Source: Macrostomum lignano | Lineage: Eukaryota | DNA length: 64,000 nucleotides | Direction of reading: 5' to 3' | NCBI GenBank assembly: GCA_002269645.1 | Contig: NIVC01000184.1 | Location: 310,001 to 374,000 of the forward strand | Position numbers and translations under genes: made by a program | In this document: positions 33,579 to 44,554 of the stretch, piece after piece | How positions within the stretch are numbered: the first letter of the stretch is position 1 | How the letters are laid out: every line of letters starts with the position of its first letter | Notes under the pieces: model-generated | The model's database searches: none | Told to the model about the DNA's origin: nothing | The model's input: the letters and a program-made list of their open reading frames with translations, nothing else

Positions 33579-35139
33579 CACTGCGTTCCAAGTTATTAAA
33601 CAAAGAGAGATAAATTGAATATTTTCAAAATTATTGATCGCAGCGACTTGCTGCTTGTGTCAGGTGTACATCAAGCTAGTACACACTCTGTGCAGCTCTG
33701 CCAATCACTAAACTTCTTGCTAGCACGTGCCAACAAACTTTCATTGCGCAACACAGCTGCTACACTGTTCCAACTTATTATGCAAGTCACAGAATTTCAC
33801 TGTGTGGTTCTGCAGCTGAATTTCTCTCACAATTTTCTGTGTGTATCAACCATGGGCAAGCGCCAGGATCTCTCCGATAAGGAAAAATCTCAAATCGGGC
33901 AACTTTTGGCAACTGGCCAAACTACTTTGTCTATCTCCAAGCAGCTTGGCAGAGATCATCGTACAGTAAAGAAATTCTTGGCTGATGTCACCAAATCAAG
34001 GCAGCGGACTCGCAAAACTAGTGTTCGAGGCATTTCGAATCGAAAACTTCGAGAAATCAAAAGAGAAATCCTTAAACATCCATTGGCCACCAGCAAGTTC
34101 ATCTTTGAGCAAGTGGATCTTGGTCATGTGCCAAGAACTACGCGGTGCCGCACTCTTGCATCTATCGCTCAATGCCGCAAGGCTGTCGCCAAGCCGATGC
34201 TGACCTCTCGCCATCGCCAGCTGCGCCTCAGCTGGGCGCAGAAGTATTTGAAGGCTGACTTCAGTTCAGTCATTTTTACAGATGAGACCAGGGCCACTTT
34301 GGATGGGCCTGATGGCTGGGCCAGAGGCTGGATGGTTGGAGACGAGGTGTCAGGGCAGCGCGTGAGGCGTCAGCAAGGCGGTGGAGGCATCATGATCTGG
34401 GCTGGCATTGTCAACGACACCATCATTGGCCCATTCCGTGTTCCTGATGGCGTCAAGGTCACGGGTGAAGCTTACCGTCAGTTGCTGCAGCTGAATTTTG
34501 TTCCCTGGCTGCGACGCCAGCCAGCAGCTCGCCGAAAGAAGCTGACTTTCATGCAGGACAATGCTCCCTCCCATGCTGCGAAGCTGACGACCAATTTCTT
34601 GAATGACCTCGGGTTCAAGGACGACAAGCTGATGGATTGGCCTTCGAATTCTCCGGATGTAGACGCCAAAACTCTGCCATCTTTGGAGCATTTTGAAGCG
34701 TAGCTTGTACAGCAATGGTAAGCAGTATCATTCCAAGCATGATCTGTGGGCTGCTGTGCAAGCTGAAGTGTCCAAGATACCTAAATCACATGTAAAGAAG
34801 CTGACATCATCGATGGACAGTCGCTTGGTAAAAATATTGCAAGTGAAGGGTGCCCGCATTAACTATTAATTGTGTGTTGCTGCTTGGGAGACTAAATTCT
34901 CCGATTTTCAATCAATATTTCATGCTGACGATGTTTTATTCCTAGTTGCATAATTATCTGGAACAGCAGAAAAGTCAATTTTTGATTATCATTTTGAAAA
35001 TACGCGTTTAATTTCATTCAGTTTTGGTGGTTAGTCTTATTGTTACGAAATACATTTCCTGCTAAAAAATTATGACTTTTGCTGCTTCATGAAAAAATTA
35101 TAAAAAAAACTGATTTGCATAATAAGTTGGAACACAGTG
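33579..35139 (+). mobile_element. TRT-like (DD37E) Tc1 transposon
   Basis: TIR CACTG(C/T)GTTCCAA(G/C)TTATTA, TA TSD and an inner repeat near 33760. 1561 bp. Confidence 0.9.
33852..34869 (+). pseudogene. Tc1 transposase with a disrupted catalytic Glu region
   Basis: GRDHRT, FTDETRATLDGPDGWARGW, RRQQGGGG and FMQDNAPSH. The expected LNPIEN after WPSNSPD is replaced by 22 unrelated nt, causing a frameshift. The downstream LWSILKR frame runs to TAA at 34869. Confidence 0.9.
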
Positions 35140-38099
35140 TACGTTGAGCTGCAAATCTGCACGAGGTGCTGTGTTCGCTCGTCTGCTATTTCTTCGCGAA
35201 GGAAGGTCACCTCACCGAAGGCCGAGACCAAACGGGCTGGTGGCAGAACTAACTACGCTACTAGGAGAATGCTTCCAAGAGGACGCGAGACTTAAGTATA
35301 ACTTAAGTGCCAGTAAATTGGGAAGCTAAAGCTCTGTACTTTAGCAGTCACGTTAATTGCCTGAGGAATTTAAGATCTCGTGAAGACGTTTAATTCCAAC
35401 TAATGAGACTCTTTTATTTCAGTCAGCAAAATTCGCAAAAGTTTCCTTGACTTTCTTTCTTTCTTTCCTGACTATCATTCAGTTTACGACTGGCAAGCAG
35501 CAATGCGCCATCATCAATGACGACGACGACATTGATGGCTATCGAACTGTTGGCCATCCAGTGTCTGTCATCACCGCAAACACGAATAAAAAACGGCTAC
35601 TCGTCATCTAGCCAAAATCGTCAAGGGTCCGTATGCCTCATTAAACCAAGTAAAAAAATTCCAAAACTCTGCCAAACCGCCGCAAATTCACAGGATCAGC
35701 AGACAGTGGTAGAAACCTGCCCGAAAAAAGAGGAGCAACTCCGGAACCTCAAAAGTGTAAACTCGGCTCTTCATCAGGAGCTCGCTGTGTCATTCGACAA
35801 TTCACGGCCTGGAGCAGCAGCTTGACACCCAACAAAAGACGAGTCAAGATTTAATAAAAGAAATTTTATTTCTTTTCTTCTTCGCACTTCTCTCCGTTTT
35901 CGCGGCTATTACTGCTCTAGCCAACGACGACAAAGGCGACACAGACGATGAAAATGAGAATAGCAAAGCCACGCCTTCTGACTACCAGGCACAACTGCTG
36001 CGCAACGTAGCGCAGCATGCTGGGTCGTCTAAAAACCATGACCGGGTTCTTGTGCCCCTGTCAGCCGCTCTGACGGACACTTTGGTATGCAGGGGTTCAT
36101 TATATTGCGTACGTACATTAATAGGTGTCGGAAATTCAGTTTGAATTTCTTACTCCGGTATTTTATTCACAACACCCGAATTGAATTTGTCTGCTTTTCA
36201 AATAATGAATACATAAATTATTATGACAATGAATGAATGAAAACGTATTCATTAAAATAAGCAACAGTTGCGTTCAATCGACCGAACTATATAAACGACG
36301 TAATAAGCAAGTATAAGACGGCAGCTAACATCGACGCTGTTTGCAAAGTTTTTGGAAACCTGCGCACCTTCATTAGAGCGCTTTCTCCAAAGAGGACCTT
36401 GTTAATTTGTCCTTTACAGGCCGCAGCTAAAGCGACGCAGTGCGTCAACTCGCGGACGCCCATAGGCTGGATGTCATTGTTACACATCTAAACAATAATG
36501 GCGTCGAAGTAGCTCGGAAGGAGCTGCAGCGGGTTTACGCGGCCTGTGTCGATGCCGTTTGGCAGGCCCAAAAGCGCAAGGCCCACTTGCCGTCCAATGC
36601 CAATGCCAATGCCAAGCTGCACAAGCAAAGCGCTGCTACCCTGGTACATGTTCCGCTAGTGCAGCCACCGACGCCGGTTTAGCAAAGAGCGATAATGGTT
36701 TAGTGTTGTGAGAAGCTTTTAAAAATGGAAAATCGTTTAAATTTCAGTGTAGTACGCTCGTATACTTTAGTATACACTGAGTATCAGAAAAGGGTGCGCT
36801 TTCGGATAATTTCTAGAATTTTGAGACAGGCCAATGGCGTAGGGGTGAGTACGGTAGTACCGTAACAAGGCAAGTTAGCAGAGAGCAGAAAGCGCAACTG
36901 ACAGTGCATAGTGGAATGACACCATTGCCAATTGTCGGGATTGCCTCTAGAACTGTCTGTCCTTTACTTAAAAAATTATTTTAATCGATGAAAATCGGAG
37001 CTATATACACCGTCCTATTTCTCCACAGATAAAAGCCCACGTTATTTTGGGTCAAAGTCGGAGTTGTTCGGAGCTACGGCGGAAGCTACGGCGCTAGTTC
37101 CGGCGCCAGCTACGACGGCGGCTACGGCGCCAGTTCCGGCGCCAGCTACGGCAACAGCTACGGCGCCAGCTACGGCGGCAGTTACGGCGCCAGCAGCGGC
37201 GGCAGCTACGGCGCGGCCAATAACAATGGCGCGGCCAGCTACACCGCCAACTTTGGCACCCATGCAAACCGGAAAGACCGACAGCTAGCCAATCCGGCGA
37301 GCGAGAGCTGCGCTGAAAGAGTCTGTAAGAGCTGGGCAGGACTACAAGTGCCCTTTTTGTACAGGGTGCGTTGTGCGCAGGTCGAGATTTGCGCAGCACG
37401 TTAAAGTGTGTCATCGCCTTGTGTACGAAAACTTTCTGAAAGAGCATGATGGCGATGCTTTAAAAGTGAACCATGCTCTGAGGGCTTTTATAAAGGCGAA
37501 GGACGAGCAAAGCAGGTAAGCAGGTAGGCTTTTGGAGGTAACCACAAAATCATTTAGAAATGGGGTTTTAGAGCTGTAGTCTATAGTTTCTAAGACTTAC
37601 TGGTAGTGATACTGCTTTTATTTAATATTATTATCAGCTTTATTTATTGATAATTATTATCAATTGGTATCAACATTATCTTAACTATTTTCATAATGCT
37701 TAGCTTCAGTTATAACTTAATGAGGAGCTGTTTGTGCTACCTTGGCAGAAAATAATTGTCCTAGCAAAATCTAAAATTCTGCAAACTACGAGTATGCCAA
37801 TTGGCATATTATTTTCCTCAACTGTCCTTTTGGCATAGTTGGCACAGTTATGACATGATGTGAGTCAAGGTTAAGATAATAAGCGGTGCAAAGTTATCGT
37901 TTGTATTTGACGGTTGAATCATGAATCTTGAGCGCGTAGCTCTAGACGGGGTCTTGAGGGGAAGAAGGGGTGAAACCGAGGAAGCTCTGCGAAGAAATAG
38001 TGTAATTCCATAGACTAACTAAACAGTAACAGAACGAAAGTTGAGCGAAGCTTAAGTCACAACAGACAGAAAAACAATAATGCTATAGGCTGAGCTCTA

Positions 38100-38705
38100 A
38101 TGCACAACATGTCCCCTTCATGGAACAAAGGGCTTGGACCCTCCTGTCCCGTAGCAGGGGTACCCGGATTTTGGTCGACGTTCGGAACTGGAGCATCGGT
38201 TTCATAGCCCTCCTGTAACTGCATGGCCTCTAGCACGCATTGCTGCTCCCGACTGTCTCGAAGTCAAGCGATCAGCGCCATTCGAATCAACTCTTCCGAT
38301 GGGCTTTGGCTCGAGCGTAGAGTCGAATTTGCAATCGATTGCAAAGCCGAAGCCGGCTCACAAAGTCGCCAATGGACTCGCTAGGCGCTTGACGAACGTT
38401 GAAGAACCGCGCCCGCTCCGCCACAGTCAGCTTCTCTCTGGGTCGTAGGTAGTCCAGGAGTGTTTTCTCAATGTCCGCAAACGACAGGTCGGCTACTGAC
38501 CGAGACACAAGATTTCGTGGAGACGCAAGATCTTGCAATTTTTCAAGTGCAGTCAGACAGCAACAAGCTAGGAAATTGTCGGCGATGCATTTCTTTTCTG
38601 CAGTGTCAGTCCATCCTTTCGCTCTGGCCAACGCTTGGAAGGCAGTCAGCCATGTTTGCGCCCTCTCCGGCTTTTCCAGCGGCAGGTTGCCGAGTTGCGA
38701 TGCTA
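38100..38705 (-). pseudogene. Gypsy gag remnant nested in an intron of the YR gene
   Basis: WLTAFQALARAK...KLTVAERARFFNVRQAPSESIGDFVSRLR. Possible LTR at about 37856-38109 preceded by a purine tract. Confidence 0.65.
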
Positions 38706-40811
38706 TTGATGTGAGTCTATAATTATGCTAATCAGCATATTACTATGTCAGACAGAACAAAAGACAATTGTTACATACTTATTCGAATATAATTGTGCCA
38801 CAACTGTGCCATAACTGTCAATGAAGCCCATTTTTGTTACAAATTAAGAATTATTTTTGTGTTTTTTCTCTGTTTTTTATATGCCATTTGACAAAGTCAA
38901 GGGACAAATATTTCCTGATGTGTTTGTGTTACATTCTTGCACTATCTAAAAATTCTTAATTTCTTATTTTTTTGATATTTTTAGATGCACAAAGTGTCAA
39001 TGCCTTGAATAAAATTTTATTCCCTATCATTCCCTAACTCTAACTCTCTAAAAAACACAGTCTAAACAAAGGCATTAAAAATTGCAGGACAAAAAGCATG
39101 CGCGCCTTATAAGCGATGAGCAGGTATCGGCGCTCATGGCTTTCAAGAGGCAACTGCTGGCCGAAGCTGAAGCCGAAGAAGATCAGGCGAAAGGCATCAG
39201 CGACAAGGAGATGCTTGCTGTCGGAATGGTCATTTGTTTCGGCGAGGGAAATGCTAATTGATGGACGTAGCCTGCAATTTTTACATTGCTGGAGGTGCGG
39301 CAATGGGCCGAGCATCCTGAGAATGAACTTGGGTGAGCCTCCTACGAATTCTTTTACTATGCACTAAGTAATGCCTAGAGTAAAAGTGGCTTTAAACTGT
39401 TCCTTTTTGCAATTGAATTCGTCACAACTACAAAACATTTCGTCCCCTAGACTAACATAGATAGTTAATTAATTTTCTAATACTGATCCTATTAAAGTCT
39501 AAAATAAGTTTAAAGTCGTTATTAAATAAATTAGACTGAGAACGAAAAGTTTTGCAAACTGGGATGAAACAGCGCAAACGCTACTGTCTATGGCATATTC
39601 TGAATTAAGCTCTCCTTTTCGTAGATAAAGTATGTCGCAGTTTGAAAGAATTAAATTGCCAAAAGGTATACTAGAAGTACTAGAAGCACACAATATCTTA
39701 CATTACATGTTCCATTAATCCACCAGCATAAAATTAGGACACTCACAATTTCCAGAAGGGTCACTTTCAAATGAACTTGTATTGTCATGCACTACAAACT
39801 CAGCAGTATAGAGTGTATATAGCAGTATATACGAGTATAAAGTGTGCTTATGTTTAGATCAGAGAATGGTAAGCATTATAAAAAAATCTACTTGGTTTTG
39901 TCAAGCCAAAAATGGTTAAATTTTTTACGATTTCTCTAAAGCTGTGCAATATTTTTTAATTTAATTCAGGTGGCCAAGCACAAGACGACGCAGTACTTTG
40001 GCGCTGCGAAACTGAGTGCCGCAGCCTGCTTCTAGGCCTGCTTCAACGACGCGAAAGCCAAAACACAACTGCCGAGGACGCTGCAAGTCCGTTCATTAAA
40101 TTCAAGTATGGCAGCTTCGAAGGAATGTTCCGAGAACAGGACTCGGTTCAGCGAGTTATTGCACAATGTAACATGCACAAGCTTTCGTGTGTTCATTGAA
40201 ACGAAAGTGAGTATTGCTGTTCCTTAAATTTTATAAACAATTCTTCTGTGTGCCTCTTAATTCTTATCACTGCGAGTCAGCGATTTCTTCCCTTCTTAAT
40301 ATTGTGACCTAGCTAATTTGCAATCGACAAGCGAGGGGTATTTATGGATAATTCTTGTATGTATATTTAGTTATATAATTATTTACACTAACAAATAATG
40401 TCTTTCATATTTATCCTTAATGTCAGAAATTATAAATTTCGATTGTTAATTTGTTTATTAACTTTTATTCATATCATTTTTCCAGGCTCTCCTGGCTGGA
40501 GAAGATAAACAGCTGGTGGCTGACTGACTACCATACTCCAAAAGTGGCACGTGATGCATATCAAGTGCACACGGACTGCTACCGAAGAGCGGGCAGCGAC
40601 GTTCTCATGAAGGCAAATGAAGCGTCGACTGGCCATGTAATTGGAATTAAGAAATTAAAAGTATTTTTTCACTAGCCTTTACGAAAATTATTTCATTATT
40701 ATTATATTTGATCTTAGAAAGTAAATAAAAGCCGTCGAACCTTCTGCCCAATTTAGGTTGCCAGCAATCTGCAAGCAGGAGTGCCACAATGCCGTTCCAC
40801 AGATGCAAAAC

Positions 40812-41522
40812 CGGCTGAGGCCAAGCGCCGCCGGCCGCTTAGCAACGCCACAGCCTCTGGCAACGAGACATCGGCTGAGGCCAAGCGCCGCCGGCCGCTT
40901 AGCAACGCCACAGCCTCTGGCAACGAGACATCGGCTGAGGCCAAGCGCCGCCGGCCGCTTAGCAACGCCACAGCCTCTGGCAACGAGACATCGGCTGAGG
41001 CCAAGCGCCGCCGGCCGCTTAGCAACGCCACAGCCTCTGGCAACGAGACATCGGCTGAGGCCAAGCGCCGCCGGCCGCTTAGCAACGCCACAGCCTCTGG
41101 CAACGAGACATCGGCTGAGGCCAAGCGCCGCCGGCCGCTTAGCAACGCCACAGCCTCTGGCAACGAGACATCGGCTGAGGCCAAGCGCCGCCGGCCGCTT
41201 AGCGACGCAAAAGCCTCTGGCAACGAGACATCGGCTGAGACAAAGCGCCGCCGGCCGCTTAGCGACGCAAAAGCCTCTGGCAACGAGACATCGGCTGAGA
41301 CAAAGCGCCGCCGGCCGCTTAGCGACGGCACAGCCTCTGGCAACGAGACATCGGCTGAGGCCAAGCGCCGCCGGCCGCTTAGCGACGCAAAAGCCTCTGG
41401 CAACGAGACATCGGCTGAGACAAAGCGCCGCCGGCCGCTTAGCAACGGCACAGCCTCTGGCAACGAGACATCGGCTGAGACAAAGCGCCGCCGGCCGCTT
41501 AGCGACGCCACAGCCTCTGGCG
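40812..41522 (+). repeat. Coding minisatellite, about 12 x 60 bp
   Basis: Unit encodes AEAKRRRPLSNATASGNETS; variant units appear toward the 3' end. Confidence 0.97.
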
Positions 41523-42440
41523 GTGGCAGCGAGAATCCGGTCGGAAAGAAGAACGAGCAGGGCGACTTAGTTTGTGCCTATTGGCCGAACGGAAAAGAAA
41601 GCTGGTGGCCAGCCATGGTATGCCGACCATCCTTAAGGAGAAAAACCTTGTCGAGGCGGCCTGCACTTGCAATTTTTTGGCAAGCCGCCAACGCGTGGTT
41701 GGATATTCAACTGGCGCCAGTTTGATAAGCAAGCCGATCTCAAGGGCGAAAGCAAATCCTTCAAAAACAGGCAATTTCGGCTTCGGAGATTCCAAAAAAG
41801 CATGAACGTCTTGAAAAAATTTTGTCAAGCTGTCATTGTCATCGGTGTATAGACATGTAAAGAACAATGTTAACATTTTTAATCATGTTTTCCTATATCC
41901 TAAGTTGTAAGTTTTTGCTTATATGCTCAATTTTCTATTGTAGATTGTTGTGTTTGCGTTGTGCTTTTTTTACTCTCCATTACCAACTGAATGCGTTTAA
42001 CTTTTTCAAACTTCAACCTATGCTATATTTTTTGTCCATATTTAATGCTAACTGTAAAAGTTTTGCTTTGTATGCTTTTGCTGTGATTTTGTGCTGTCTT
42101 ATTGTTTGTATCCTTTTATTGTACTTTATTTTTTTAGCATTTTATTATTCGAACAGTATTAGTTTAATGCTTTTAAAATTTTGATTTGTAACGTACTGGT
42201 GTATGGATCAAATAATGGTGTTTTAGATTGTTGTGTAATAAAACAAAATATATAGTCGTAAAATAAATTGTTTATTATAAAATTTTATAAATTTTAATAT
42301 TGTTTTTTTTGTTTTCATTTTAACTTTATACTTGTATACCTACAGCATTTCGGGTCATTTATCCACTACATGTATATCGAACTGAAACTTATATTTTTAT
42401 TATATAACTTCTTCGACTAGCACTAGCACTAGACCAGCAC

Positions 42441-43447
42441 ATCTGTCCAGTTCGTGTCATTCCTTTATCTGTATAATGTCATTTGTCCGACCAAGGTCAT
42501 CTGTCCATTTCGTGTCATTCCTTTATCTGTATAATGTCATTTGTCCGACCAAGGTCATCTGTCCAGTTCGTGTCATTCCTTTATCTGTATAGTGTTATTT
42601 GTCCGACCAAGGTCATCTGTCCAGTTCGTATCATTCCTTTATCTGTATAGTGTTATTTGTCCGACCAAGGTCATCTGTCCATTTCGTGTCATTCCTTTAT
42701 CTGTATAGTGTCATTTGTCCGACCAAGGTCATCTGTCCATTTCGTGTCATACCTTTATCTGTATAGTGTCATTTGTCCGACCAAGGTCATCTGTCCATTT
42801 CGTGTCATTCCTTTATCTGTATAGTGTCATTTGTCCGACCAAGGTCATCTGTCCAGTTCGTGTCATTCCTTTATCTGTATAGTGTCATTTGTCCGACCAA
42901 GGTCATCTGTCCATTTCGTGTCATACCTTTATCTGTATAGTGTCATTTGTCCGACCAAGGTCATCTGTCCATTTCGTGTCATTCCTTTATCTGTATAGTG
43001 TCATTTGTCCGACCAAGGTCATCTGTCCATTTCGTGTCATTCCTTTATCTGTATAGTGTCATTTGTCCGACCAAGGTCATCTGTCCAGTTCGTGTCATTC
43101 CTTTATCTGTATAGTGTCATTTGTCCGACCAAGGTCATCTGTCCATTTCGTGTCATTCCTTTATCTGTATAGTGTCATTTGTCCGACCAAGGTCATCTGT
43201 CCATTTCGTGTCATTCCTTTATCTGTATAGTGTCATTTGTCCGACCAAAATCATCTGTCCAGTTCGTGTCATTCCTTTATCTGTATAATGTCATTTGTCC
43301 GACCAAGGTCATCTGTCCATTTCGTGTCATTCCTTTATCTGTATAATGTCATTTGTCCGACCAAGGTCATCTGTCCATTTCGTGTCATTCCTTTATCTGT
43401 ATAGTGTCATTTGTCCGACCAAGGTCATCTGTCCAGTTCGTGTCATT
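42441..43447. repeat. Satellite-like array, about 17 x 58 bp
   Basis: Unit ATCTGTCCA(T/G)TTCGTGTCATTCCTTTATCTGTATAGTGTCATTTGTCCGACCAAGGTC. Confidence 0.97.
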
Positions 43448-43658
43448 GCCTGATTAATAGGGCCGTCGCCCGACTGTCGGGGCGTCCGCCCATTTGGTGC
43501 GCCTGGCGGACACCGACGCCCAACCAGGGCGGCCAGTCGGCGACTGCCAGGGTGGAAACTTTTTTCCCACTGGGTTATTTAAATTTCGCACCTGTACAAT
43601 CCGAAAAGAGCCGCCGTCCGCACACTTGAACAGCCTCTAATTTATCTAAATTTCGCAC

Positions 43659-43920
43659 CTGCACAATTCGAAAAGAGCCGCCGTCCGCAGACTTAAACAG
43701 TCTCGTGTTGTAGGCGCTGATCTGCCGGCTGTCCAGAAATGCTTGCGCCAGTTTCGCGTCAGACTCGTCGCAGTTGTCGGAGAAATAGGCGGTCACCCCG
43801 GCTGTGCCGAGGCCCAGCTGCCTGTTGCGATCCGTGAGGCTGCTGGCAGCAGCTCGGACGCGTTGCCAGGCAACCCGGACTCGCTCGCTGGAGGCGTGCG
43901 CCTCCGAAGCCGTGATGATC
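43659..43920 (-). CDS. DPP3: DPP3-B exon 2
   Basis: 262 nt, same phases as 16608-16869. Confidence 0.92.
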
Positions 43921-44183
43921 CTGGATTTTACCAACAAAAACTAGCTAGAGTTTAACAGTTAAAGGCTAGCGAGAGAGAGAGAGAGGAGAGAGAGAGAGAG
44001 CTCTTGGCATCCTCTGTTCTGATGTCTATGGCCGAAGTAGCAACTTTTTGCCTTTTTATCAAATTGCTTATGAGATCATACACATATATATGCAGCCAAG
44101 GTATTTCAACTCAGCGAAGACAGCAAGTCACGTGACAGCAATCTGCGCAGCCACAAATCAACGAGAACATAGATAATACTCAC

Positions 44184-44554
44184 TTGTCGAGCGCCTCCTC
44201 AGATAGATCCGGCAGAATTTTCGTGTCGCCAAATGATTTATAGTTGCCCAAGTTGCCCAGCACCTGAGTGGCGTACATGAGAAATGCGTCCCAGTCCGCA
44301 TCGGAGACGCCAGCTTTGCAGGCGGCTCGCAGCTGCTCAGGCGTCTGTCGCCGGAACACCGACTGCAGCACCAGGAAGAGTCCGGGAGACTCAGCGCTGG
44401 TCTGGTGCAGGCAGATCAGGCCGCCTATCCAAGAGGCCCGGTACAGGTGATAGGCGTACGCCTTCTCAGCCTGGCTCAGCTTCTCAAATGCGGGCCTGCA
44501 GGCCAAGAAAGTCACCGGGGCGTCTGTGGGCACCGTGTAGAGAGATCGGTCCAT
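44184..44554 (-). CDS. DPP3: DPP3-B exon 1 (from the conserved Met)
   Basis: 371 nt, near-identical to 17372-17742. Confidence 0.93.

Larger units (their letters stand above)
33051..35346 (+). mobile_element. Solo LTR related to the 23346-28164 family, split by a Tc1 insertion
   Basis: Homologous to 23346-24349; TG...CA ends; 4-bp TSD GTCA (33047-50 and 35347-50). Confidence 0.82.
35921..41852 (+). pseudogene. Spliced gene remnant encoding C2H2 finger, tyrosine recombinase, 20-aa repeat and PWWP domain
   Basis: Exon candidates 35921-36084, 36420-36643, 37029-37515, 38985-39332, 39970-40206, 40486-40636 and 40757-41852. Motifs YKCPFC...FAQHVKVCH, VAKHKTTQYFG, VTCTSFRVFIET, HTPKVARDAY, GDLVCAYW...SWWPAMV and LHLQFFGKPPTRGWI. 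Confidence 0.7.

Noticed and set aside
40753-41570. 252-aa minus-strand and 270-aa alternate-frame repeat ORFs
   Set aside because: Stop-free by-products of the 60-bp unit. Only the 40757/40781 frame links the YR exon to the PWWP domain.
42441-43447. CRISPR-like appearance of the 58-bp array (also the 60-bp and 31/42-bp arrays)
   Set aside because: Units are head-to-tail with no unique spacers, the context is eukaryotic and there are no cas genes.
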